A stretch of DNA of 19,807 nucleotides, taken from Trueperaceae bacterium (GTDB lineage Bacteria; Deinococcota; Deinococci; Deinococcales; Trueperaceae). Position 1 is the stretch's first letter; the number at the start of each line of letters is the position of its first letter. The notes beneath the pieces were generated by a model, which saw only the letters and a list, made by a program, of their open reading frames with translations, was not told the origin of the DNA and did not search any database. Positions 1 through 7,411 of the stretch are shown piece after piece. The DNA lies in the NCBI GenBank assembly GCA_040905465.1, contig JBBDRK010000016.1, forward strand, positions 2,934-22,740, in the 5' to 3' direction. The position numbers were made by a program, and so were the translations under genes.

Positions 1-702
1 GTCGCGTTCGCCTCTCAGCGCGGACAGTTCGGCCGTGAGGCCGTCGCGCGCTCCCTGCGCCACGGCCAGCTCGGTTTCCAGCGCCTCGATTTGCGACTCC
101 GCCGTTTCCAGCGCGTGCACCGTGTTCGCCTGGTCGGCGAGGCTGCCGATCAGCCTCGTTTCGAGCTCGGTACTGCGAGATATGGCCGCCGTCAATGCCT
201 CGCTCGCGTCTGCCAACTCCGCCGACACGTTTGCCAGCTCGACCTCGAGCTCCCCGATGCGCTGCTCAGCAGAGGCCAACGCCGCGGACGCCGCTTCTCG
301 CCGTTCGCGCTCCTGCTTAAGCAGCGCGGCTTGCTCCTCGGAGCCTTTGCGCGCCTGGTCGCGTTGCCTCTCGGCGGTTGCCGCGCGTGCCTCGGTCTCG
401 ACCAGGGCCGGCTCTACCCGGTTGAGGCGCTCGTCTGCCTCCGCCTGGGCCTGCTCGAGCTCATCGTGCGCCGATTGCAGCTCCATTGCCCGCTCGATTG
501 CCGCGGACCTTTCAGTCTCTGCGCGCTGCAGCCGTTCGTTCAGCTCGCCGATCTGACGCTCCAAGGTCTGCGTCCGAGACCGGAGCTCGTCGTTTTCGGC
601 GTTCAGATCCCGTTCCCGCTGACTGGGTCCACAGGCCGTGAGCAGCGCGCTCGTCACGAGGAGCATCGCAGCGGCGTTTCTCAACATCAAGGGGCTTGCC
701 AT
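1..702 (-). CDS. Predicted lipoprotein with long coiled-coil (partial; 3' end runs off the window's left edge)
   Basis: Absent from the ORF track because it has no stop in the window. Manual translation from ATG 702 gives MASPLMLRNAAAMLLVTSALLTAC-GPSQRERDLNAENDELRSRTQTLERQIGELNERLQRAE...IEALETELAVAQGARDGLTAELSALRGERD. It has an LTAC lipobox, an E/A/L/R heptad-like composition and a GGGGAG SD about 8 nt upstream. Alternative in-frame ATGs lie at 687 and 666. Confidence 0.85.
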   Translation of the reverse strand, partial: MASPLMLRNAAAMLLVTSALLTACGPSQRERDLNAENDELRSRTQTLERQIGELNERLQRAETERSAAIERAMELQSAHDELEQAQAEADERLNRVEPALVETEARAATAERQRDQARKGSEEQAALLKQERERREAASAALASAEQRIGELEVELANVSAELADASEALTAAISRSTELETRLIGSLADQANTVHALETAESQIEALETELAVAQGARDGLTAELSALRGERD

Positions 703-866
703 CGCGTCATCTCCCCATCTTCCTGATGATCGGGGGCGGAAGGAGACGAAACTGCTCCTCGCAGGGCCAACAAGATGCTACCAAGGTATCAGTTTGGCGA
801 TACCGGGTAGTGAGGCGTTGCACAGCGCCATCGGGCGCCTGCTCGCCGGAGTGTTGACTACGGCCC

Positions 867-895
867 TTGACCATCCGAACAAAAACGATAATAAT
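867..895 (+). promoter_or_regulatory. Putative sigma70-type promoter of the DeoR-led operon
   Basis: TTGACC (867-872), 17-nt spacer, AATAAT (890-895), in the only clearly AT-rich patch of the 703-937 intergenic region. Confidence 0.55.
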
Positions 896-915
896 CGATA
901 CACTTCGAAAACGGA
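876..915 (+). promoter_or_regulatory. Four 10-bp-phased direct repeats (candidate DeoR-family operator)
   Basis: CGAACAAAAA CGATAATAAT CGATACACTT CGAAAACGGA. CGA falls at exactly 876, 886, 896 and 906, overlapping the putative -10 box. Confidence 0.55.
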
Positions 916-937
916 TTTTCAGCTGCCGGGGTGGATC

Positions 938-2605
938 GTGCTTCAGGCCGAGCGAGAAAACGAAATACTCACAGCGGTGAACGAGACCGGCTCGGCCTCG
1001 GTGCGCTCCCTGGCCCAGCGGTTTCGGGTAACGGAAGCGACGGTGCGACGCGACCTGCAACGCCTCGAAGACCGGCGGCAATTGCGCCGCATTCATGGTG
1101 GAGCCCTCCGTCTTTCGCCGGACGGCCCGCCTACGATAGGCGCTACCGCTGAGGATCTGCTGGCGCGACCGCAGGACACGCCAGACGGTCTGATCGTGGC
1201 CCCGATCGAGAACACCGCCGCGCGGGCACTGCGGCAGATGGCGCTGCGGCAAGGGATCCCCCTGCTCGCCGAGTCGGCGCCTCAAAGCGGAGCCGTCTAC
1301 CTGGGCCCCGACAACTTCGCTGCCGCGCTGGCGCTGAGCCGCTGGGTTACGGCCGAGATCCGCCGGCGGAAACTCACGCCCACGATTCTCTGCGTTTCTC
1401 ACGATGAACTCGCCAACGCCGCTGCCAGGCGGGCGGGATTGCTGCAAGGCCTGCGCGAAGCGTTCGGCGAGCAGGCGGAGATCGTTACCGTCGACGGAGG
1501 CGGGTTGCTGGATCAGGCCAACCAGGTCGCCCAAGCTGCCCTGCGGGTACAGCCGGCTATCAACGTCATCCTGGGCGTGAACGATGACTCGGTACTGGGA
1601 GCGTTGCACGCCTGCGCCGAGCTGGGACGCGAGACTGGCGAGACGCTGGTCGCCGGCGTCGGCGGGGAGGGCCCAACGCTTTTCGGGGCCATGAGGCGAG
1701 GCGCTGTACACGCCTGCGTGAGCCTGCTCCCCAAGACGGTCGGAGCCACGGCGATCGACTCGCTGGTGCGTTCCTGGCACGGCGAGGAGCTGGGCGCGCA
1801 GATAATCACCCCTTGGTGCCTTTACGTCGCCGCGGAGCTGCCGGCCGGCGAAGGCGCTCCGGTCGGGCCGCCCCTCGAGCCCCTGCCTGAGAACGTCGCA
1901 AGGCACGCGTCGGGTAAGCACGTCGAGTTCATCGTCCAGTTCCGCACCCACGAGTGGTACCAGGAGGTGGCCAAGGCCATGCGCGAACGCGCCCAGGCGT
2001 ACGGCGCAACCTTCACGGCCCATACCGTGGGCGAAGGTTTGGAACGCGAAGTGAGGGAACTGCGCCAGCTTATCGGCAAGGAGGCGGCGGCATATGTGAG
2101 GAGCGGTGAGAGCCTGTTTCTGGACGGTGGCCAAGCCAGCTGCTACGCTGCTCGTTTTCTCGCCGGTAAGCGCACCAGCGTCACCACCCACTCGCTGGCC
2201 GTCTTCAACCTGCTGCACAACCTCCCCGAGATCCAGTTGCGCCTCACCGGAGGCGACTACCATCGCGAACAAAACCTGCTGCACGGCCAAGGAGCTGTGC
2301 AGGCTGTCGCCGGCGTGCGGGTCGACAAACTCTTGCTGTCGGTCGACGGTGCCAGCGAGCGGTTCGGGCTGTCCTCGGCCAGCGAGCACGAACTCGAGGT
2401 GCTGCGCGCCATGGTGCGTTCGGCCCGCGAGGTCGTGGTTCTGGCGGTCCACACCGCCTTCGGCGTGGACGCCAACTTCCACATCGCCGGCCTCGGCTCC
2501 GCCACCACCGTGATTACCGACTCCGGGCTTTCGCCGGAGACGAGGCTCGAGCTGTCCCGCCGCGGGATACGCGTGATCATCGCCTCCCAGGAGATCGCCC
2601 CGTGA
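938..2605 (+). CDS. DeoR/GlpR-family transcriptional regulator with inserted type I periplasmic-binding-protein (RbsB/LacI-like) domain, 555 aa
   Basis: Start reassigned to GTG 938 (GGGGTGGA SD upstream). N-terminal DeoR HTH: ERENEIL...SVRSLAQRFRVTEATVRRDLQRLE...LRRIHGGA. Central RbsB-like motifs: DGLIVAP, GIPLL, LGPDNF, ILGVNDDSVLGA. C-terminal DeoR sensor domain: AAAYVRSGESLFLDGG, VTTHSL, LTGG, VDKLLLSVDG, VITDSG. Confidence 0.9.
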   Translation: MLQAERENEILTAVNETGSASVRSLAQRFRVTEATVRRDLQRLEDRRQLRRIHGGALRLSPDGPPTIGATAEDLLARPQDTPDGLIVAPIENTAARALRQMALRQGIPLLAESAPQSGAVYLGPDNFAAALALSRWVTAEIRRRKLTPTILCVSHDELANAAARRAGLLQGLREAFGEQAEIVTVDGGGLLDQANQVAQAALRVQPAINVILGVNDDSVLGALHACAELGRETGETLVAGVGGEGPTLFGAMRRGAVHACVSLLPKTVGATAIDSLVRSWHGEELGAQIITPWCLYVAAELPAGEGAPVGPPLEPLPENVARHASGKHVEFIVQFRTHEWYQEVAKAMRERAQAYGATFTAHTVGEGLEREVRELRQLIGKEAAAYVRSGESLFLDGGQASCYAARFLAGKRTSVTTHSLAVFNLLHNLPEIQLRLTGGDYHREQNLLHGQGAVQAVAGVRVDKLLLSVDGASERFGLSSASEHELEVLRAMVRSAREVVVLAVHTAFGVDANFHIAGLGSATTVITDSGLSPETRLELSRRGIRVIIASQEIAP

Positions 2606-3819
2606 ATCTCCGCGGGCTCACCTGGGACCACCCGCGAGGCTACCAGCCACTCGAGGCGGCGTCCGCGCGATTCGGCGAGCTGCACGGCGTTGAGATCGGC
2701 TGGGCGCGTCGCTCGCTCAAGGAGTTCGGTGACACTCCCATCGACACACTCGCGGGCGACTTCGACTTGCTGGTCATCGACCATCCCCACGTGGGCATTG
2801 CCGCCCAGTGCGACTGCCTGGTGCCGCTCGACAGCCTGCTCGACCAAGCGACCCTCGCCACGCTGTCCGCCGAGAGTGCCGGGCCCAGTTTCGACAGCTA
2901 CCGCTATGGCGCTCGGCAGTGGGCGCTGGCGGTGGACGCGTCCATGCAGACCAGTTGCTTCCGGCCGGGGTTGCTGCCGGTGCAGCCGCCCCGGGACTGG
3001 CCGGCGGTACTCGACCTGGCGGCGGTGCTGCGTCGGCGCGGCCGTTGGATGGCGGTGCCGCTGGTTCCGACCGACGCGGTGTGCTGCTTCCTCACGCTCT
3101 GCGCCGGGGCGGGCGGCGGCCTGCGGGAAGACGCAGACTTCGTTGCCCCCCGGGTGGGGCTACATGCGCTCAGGCTTCTGCGTACCTTGGCCCTGGCGGC
3201 GCACCCTGCCAGCCTCAGCTGGAACCCGATCGAGCTGTACGAGGCGATGAGCGGGAGCGACGAGATAGCCTACTGCCCCATCGGGTTCTGCTACTCCAAC
3301 TACGCCAGAAACGACTACCGCTCCCGACGGCTCGAGTTCGCCGACCTTCCGGGCGGGCGAGGCAGCCTGCTGGGCGGGGCGGGGATCGCCGTGAGCAAAT
3401 CGTGCCGTGAGCCGGGAGTGGCAGCCGCGTTCGCCGCCTGGCTGTGCAGCGCCGAACAGCAGCGTGGTCTCTATGTGGACGCCGCTGGCCAGCCGGCCAG
3501 TCGCTCCGCCTGGCTGGACGAGCGGGCCAACTCTCTCACCAACGGTTTCTTCAGTGGCACGTTCGCCACCTTGCGGCACGCCTATGTGCGCCCTCGCGAC
3601 CACGGTTTCGTGGCGTTTCAGGAGTATGCGGGAAGGCGGATCCACGACTTCCTGACTACTGCAGCCGAGGGTAACGCGACCGCCGACGCCACGGCCGAGC
3701 CCGCTGCCGACCCCGCTGCCGTCGCCCGCGGCGAGTCCGACGCCGAGTCCGACGCCGCTGCCTGCTTCGCCGACCTGGCGGAAGCCTTCCGCGACAGGAG
3801 GGTGTCGCGGTCATGGTGA
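2602..3819 (+). CDS. Family-1 solute-binding-protein-fold protein lacking a signal peptide (TWDHPRG type)
   Basis: GTGA overlap with the regulator stop. Begins MNLRGLTWDHPRG with no hydrophobic signal. SBP-like motifs DLLVIDHP, QWALAVDA, LLGGAGIAVS, AAAFAAWL, VRPR. Confidence 0.8.
   Translation: MNLRGLTWDHPRGYQPLEAASARFGELHGVEIGWARRSLKEFGDTPIDTLAGDFDLLVIDHPHVGIAAQCDCLVPLDSLLDQATLATLSAESAGPSFDSYRYGARQWALAVDASMQTSCFRPGLLPVQPPRDWPAVLDLAAVLRRRGRWMAVPLVPTDAVCCFLTLCAGAGGGLREDADFVAPRVGLHALRLLRTLALAAHPASLSWNPIELYEAMSGSDEIAYCPIGFCYSNYARNDYRSRRLEFADLPGGRGSLLGGAGIAVSKSCREPGVAAAFAAWLCSAEQQRGLYVDAAGQPASRSAWLDERANSLTNGFFSGTFATLRHAYVRPRDHGFVAFQEYAGRRIHDFLTTAAEGNATADATAEPAADPAAVARGESDAESDAAACFADLAEAFRDRRVSRSW
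3700..3755 (+). repeat. Short in-frame tandem duplications (12-bp period) in the 3' end of the TWDHPRG gene
   Basis: CCCGCTGCCG at 3700 and 3712; CGAGTCCGACGC twice at 3732-3755. Together these encode PAADPAA...ESDAESDA. Confidence 0.6.
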
Positions 3820-4676
3820 TCCCGCTCTCCAGCGTAGCGGTACTCGTCGACGGACTCGATCATCCCGAGGGAGTGGCTCGGGGCTCCGACGGGTTCGTGT
3901 ATGCCGGGGGCGAGGCCGGCCAGGTCTACCGGGTTTCTCTGCTGGGCGAAGCCTCGCAGTTCGCCAGCACCGGCGGCTTCTCCCTGGGGATGTGTCTCGA
4001 CGCCCACCACAACGTCTACGTCTGCGATCAGGCCAGGCGCGCGGTGGTCAGGGTCAGCCCCAGCGGGCAGGTCTCTGCCTATTCCACCGGTGACGAACGT
4101 CGGCGGTTGCGCGTGCCCAATTACCCAGTTTTCGATGGGGACGGCAATCTCTACGTCAGTGATTCCGGAGGCTGGAAGGGCAGCGACGGCACCATCCAGT
4201 TGCTTCGTCCCGATGGCAGCGCCGAGGTCGCCACCGCCACCGACCTGGCCTTTCCCAACGGCCTCGCCCTCGATCCCGAGGGCCGTTACCTGTACGCCGT
4301 CCTCTCCAACGAGTCGCGGGTGGTGCGCTTCGCGCGCCGGGAGCAGGCCAGGCTCGGCCCGGCCGAACATTTCGTTACCCTGCCCCGGACCGTGCCCGAC
4401 GGCCTGGCGTTCGACGCGCAAGGCGGGCTGCTCATCTCCTGCTACGCCCCCGACGCAATCTACCGCTTTAGCTCGCCCGGCCGGCTCGAGCTGCTGATCG
4501 AAGACTGGGAGCGAACCACGCTCGCCAGCCCTACCAACATCGCCTTCGCCGGAGCCGACATGACGACCCTGGTGATTGCCAGCCTGGGACGCTGGCACCT
4601 GGCCACCTGCCAGGTCGACGTTCCCGGCATGCCTCTGAACTACCCCGCAGTGCAAGCGGGAGGAGCCTCACTATGA
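3813..4676 (+). CDS. SMP-30/gluconolactonase/LRE family protein (beta-propeller lactonase)
   Basis: Metal-ligand motifs HPEG, PNY...DGNLYVSDS, FPNGLAL, PDGLAFD and PTNIAF. AGGAGG SD upstream. No signal peptide. Confidence 0.9.
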   Translation: MVIPLSSVAVLVDGLDHPEGVARGSDGFVYAGGEAGQVYRVSLLGEASQFASTGGFSLGMCLDAHHNVYVCDQARRAVVRVSPSGQVSAYSTGDERRRLRVPNYPVFDGDGNLYVSDSGGWKGSDGTIQLLRPDGSAEVATATDLAFPNGLALDPEGRYLYAVLSNESRVVRFARREQARLGPAEHFVTLPRTVPDGLAFDAQGGLLISCYAPDAIYRFSSPGRLELLIEDWERTTLASPTNIAFAGADMTTLVIASLGRWHLATCQVDVPGMPLNYPAVQAGGASL

Positions 4677-5857
4677 CCGGAGCCCTGGAGGGCGTACGAG
4701 TTCTCGATTTCACGCAGATGATGCTGGGACCCTGGGGGACGCAGTTCCTGGGCGACTTCGGGGCCGACGTCATCAAGATAGAGCGGCCAGGCAAGGGCGA
4801 ATGGGAGCGTGGCCTGGCAGCGATGGGAAAGCTGCTTGGTGGCGACAGCCCCTTCTTCATAGCCATGAACCGCAACAAGCGCAGCCTGACTCTCAATCTG
4901 AAGGACCCGCGCGCGGTCGAGATAGTGCTGGAGCTGGCCAAAGAGGCCGACCTGGTGGTCGAGAACTACCGGCCCGGAGTGATGGACCGCCTGGGCATCG
5001 GTTACCAGTCCCTGCGTGAAGTCAACCCGTCGATCGTCTACGTGGCCGGCAGCGGTTACGGCCCCGACGGACCCTATGTGAAGCGGCCCGGCCAGGACCT
5101 GCTCATCCAGTCGTTGTCCGGCCTGGCGGCGAACAGCGGTCGCGGAGATGATCTACCCACGGCGACGGCTACCTCGTTCGTGGACGCCAGCACCGCACTG
5201 ATGCTGGCTCTGTCGGCCACCGTGGGCCTCTTCCACCGGGAGCGCACCGGACAGGGGCAACGCATAGACGTGAACCTGTTCAGCACCGCCGTGGCCATGC
5301 AGTGCCAGGAGCTGACGGCGTTCATGAACCTCGAGGAGCGCTGGGAGCGCAGCAACGAGGGAATCAGCTCACCATGGCTCGGCGCTCCGTTCGGCATCTA
5401 CCGCACGACCGACGGCACGATGGCAATCAGCATGAATCCCCTTACTCAGCTCGGTGAGGTGATAGGCGACCCCGGTTTGGCGGAGCTCGACACCCCGGAG
5501 CTCGCCTACCAGCATCGCGACGAGGTCAAGCGGCGGGTGCAGGAGCGGGTGAAGGCCATGCCCACCGCCCACTGGCTCGAGCTGATGGAGGCGCGCGACA
5601 TGTGGTGCGCCCCGGTGCAGGACTTCGAAGCACTCGTGAACGACCCTCAGGTGAGGCACAACGAGTTGATCCGCACCGTCGAGCACCCGGTAGCAGGCGA
5701 GGTGAAGGTGGTCGGAATCCCGGTCCGCTTCAGCGAAACGCCCGGCGCCATCAAGCGGGGTCCACCGGCGGTCGGCCAGCACAGCACCGAGATCCTGGAC
5801 GAGCTCGGCTACTCAGCCACCGGCATCGATCAACTGCGGGCCGAGGGAGTGATCTGA
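4673..5857 (+). CDS. CaiB/BaiF family (class III) CoA-transferase
   Basis: LEGVRVLDF, GP...LGDFGADVIKIERP, NRNKRSLTLNLK, ADLVVENYRPG, SGYGPDGPY...PGQD. The Asp at the usual catalytic position is kept (SFVDAST). ATGA overlap with the upstream gene. Confidence 0.93.
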   Translation: MTGALEGVRVLDFTQMMLGPWGTQFLGDFGADVIKIERPGKGEWERGLAAMGKLLGGDSPFFIAMNRNKRSLTLNLKDPRAVEIVLELAKEADLVVENYRPGVMDRLGIGYQSLREVNPSIVYVAGSGYGPDGPYVKRPGQDLLIQSLSGLAANSGRGDDLPTATATSFVDASTALMLALSATVGLFHRERTGQGQRIDVNLFSTAVAMQCQELTAFMNLEERWERSNEGISSPWLGAPFGIYRTTDGTMAISMNPLTQLGEVIGDPGLAELDTPELAYQHRDEVKRRVQERVKAMPTAHWLELMEARDMWCAPVQDFEALVNDPQVRHNELIRTVEHPVAGEVKVVGIPVRFSETPGAIKRGPPAVGQHSTEILDELGYSATGIDQLRAEGVI

Positions 5858-5858
5858 G

Positions 5859-6638
5859 GTGGCGCTGGTAGAGCTGACGCGACCTCGTGAGGACGTGGCC
5901 TTGCTCACCGTCAATCGGCCCGACAAACTCAACGCCTTGAACACGCCGCTGTTGGGCGAGTTCGCGGATCACCTGGTCACAGTCGAGGACGACCCGGGGG
6001 TGCGGACGGTCATCATCACCGGAGCGGGCGACAAGGCGTTCGTGGCGGGCGCGGATATCGGAGAGTACGCCGAGGGCGACTCCCAGGCGTTCACGGCCTT
6101 TCAGTTGCGGGGGCGCGCCTTCAACGACCGGCTCGAGCGCTTCCCGAAAGCCACCATCGCCGCGGTCAACGGCTTTGCCCTCGGCGGAGGGTTCGAAATC
6201 GCCCTGTGCTGCGACATCATCGTGGCGACTCCGTCGGCGCGTTTCGGCCTGCCCGAGGGCCTGCTCGGGTTGTCGCCCGGCGGTGGCGGCAGCCAACGGC
6301 TTCTGCGCGCGGCCGGGCCCTTCGTGGCCGCCGACGTGCTCCTCTCCGCCCGGAGGCTCAGCGGCGAGCGCGCCCACGCCCTGGGGTTGGTGGCGGACGT
6401 GGTAGAGCCGGAGCAGCTGCTCAACAGTGCCTTGGAGAAGGCCGGCTACATCGCCAGGGTGGCACCGCTGGCGGCCCGTGAGATGAAGCGGTTGCTGCGC
6501 GAGGGTGCCGACGCCGCCCTGCCGACGGCGCTCTCGCTGGAGCAGGAAGTGCTCTTTCGGCTCTACTCGACTGCCGATGCCGGCGAGGGCATCCGGGCTT
6601 TTCTGGCCAAGCGGCCCGCGACTTTCGAGGGCAGGTAA
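5859..6638 (+). CDS. Enoyl-CoA hydratase/isomerase (crotonase) family protein
   Basis: NRPDKLNALN, AFVAGADI (oxyanion hole), AAVNGFALGGGFE and FGLPE. Both catalytic Glu of true hydratases are present. Confidence 0.93.
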   Translation: MALVELTRPREDVALLTVNRPDKLNALNTPLLGEFADHLVTVEDDPGVRTVIITGAGDKAFVAGADIGEYAEGDSQAFTAFQLRGRAFNDRLERFPKATIAAVNGFALGGGFEIALCCDIIVATPSARFGLPEGLLGLSPGGGGSQRLLRAAGPFVAADVLLSARRLSGERAHALGLVADVVEPEQLLNSALEKAGYIARVAPLAAREMKRLLREGADAALPTALSLEQEVLFRLYSTADAGEGIRAFLAKRPATFEGR

Positions 6639-7411
6639 TGGCTGGCCGCTTCCCGGACAGGGTTGCAGTGGTCACCGGCGCTGCCGACGGTATCGGGCGG
6701 GTTACCGCCAGGCAACTGGCGCGCGAACAGGCGATCGTGGTGATAGCCGACATCGACGAGGAAGCCGGCCGGCGGGCCGCGGCGGAACTTCGCGAGCAGG
6801 GCGGCGACGCCCACTTCGTGCCTGTGAACGTGGCGGACAGCGCCAGCACACAGAGGCTGTTCGGAGAAGTGCTCGAACGCTGGGAACGGGTGGATGTGCT
6901 GGTGAACAACGCAGCGATAGCCGTCCCCGGGAGTGTGCTGAGTATCTCCGAGGAAGAGTGGCGGCTGGTCCTGGACACCAACCTAACCGGCGCCTGGCGG
7001 GCGATGCGGCTGGCGCTGCCCCACATGATCGAGCGCGGGCGCGGAGCGGTAGTCAACGTCAGCTCGATGCAGGGCCAGCTCGGCTTCAAGGGCTGGTCTG
7101 CCTACGCCGCGGCCAAGGGCGGCCTGGAGGCGCTCACCCGGCAGGCGGCGGTCGAGTACGCGCCGCACGGCGTCCGGGTGAACGCGGTGGCGCCCGGAAC
7201 GATCATGACACCGATGAACGAGCGGATATTCCGGGAGTCTGACGACCCCGAGGAGCTCATATCGCGCTGGAATGGCCTGCACGCGCTGGGGCGTTTCGGC
7301 CGGCCCGAGGAGGTCGCGGAAGCGATCCTGTTCCTGGCCTGCGACGGTGCCTCGTTCATCACCGGCGAGACGCTGCGGGTTGAGGGTGGCATGGCGGTCA
7401 AGGGTGGCTGA
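6638..7411 (+). CDS. Classical SDR family oxidoreductase (probably NAD-preferring)
   Basis: TGAADGIG, acidic ADID after beta2, VLVNNA, NVSS, catalytic YAAAK, VRVNAVAPG and ASFITG. TAATG coupling to the upstream gene. Confidence 0.93.
   Translation: MAGRFPDRVAVVTGAADGIGRVTARQLAREQAIVVIADIDEEAGRRAAAELREQGGDAHFVPVNVADSASTQRLFGEVLERWERVDVLVNNAAIAVPGSVLSISEEEWRLVLDTNLTGAWRAMRLALPHMIERGRGAVVNVSSMQGQLGFKGWSAYAAAKGGLEALTRQAAVEYAPHGVRVNAVAPGTIMTPMNERIFRESDDPEELISRWNGLHALGRFGRPEEVAEAILFLACDGASFITGETLRVEGGMAVKGG

Noticed and set aside
35-726. Plus-strand ORFs 35..556 and 91..726
   Set aside because: Antisense shadows of the minus-strand coiled-coil lipoprotein; Ser/Ala- or Arg/Leu-biased with no recognisable motifs.
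638-937. 100-aa N-terminal extension of the DeoR ORF in the ORF track
   Set aside because: It overlaps the divergent lipoprotein gene and spans the promoter/operator. The DeoR HTH begins immediately after GTG 938, which has an SD.
707-2482. 591-aa minus-strand ORF
   Set aside because: In-register antisense to the DeoR gene, as expected in high-GC DNA; no family motifs.
7272-7403. Upstream extension of the mutarotase-like ORF
   Set aside because: Lies inside the SDR gene; GTG 7404 gives a normal coupled start.
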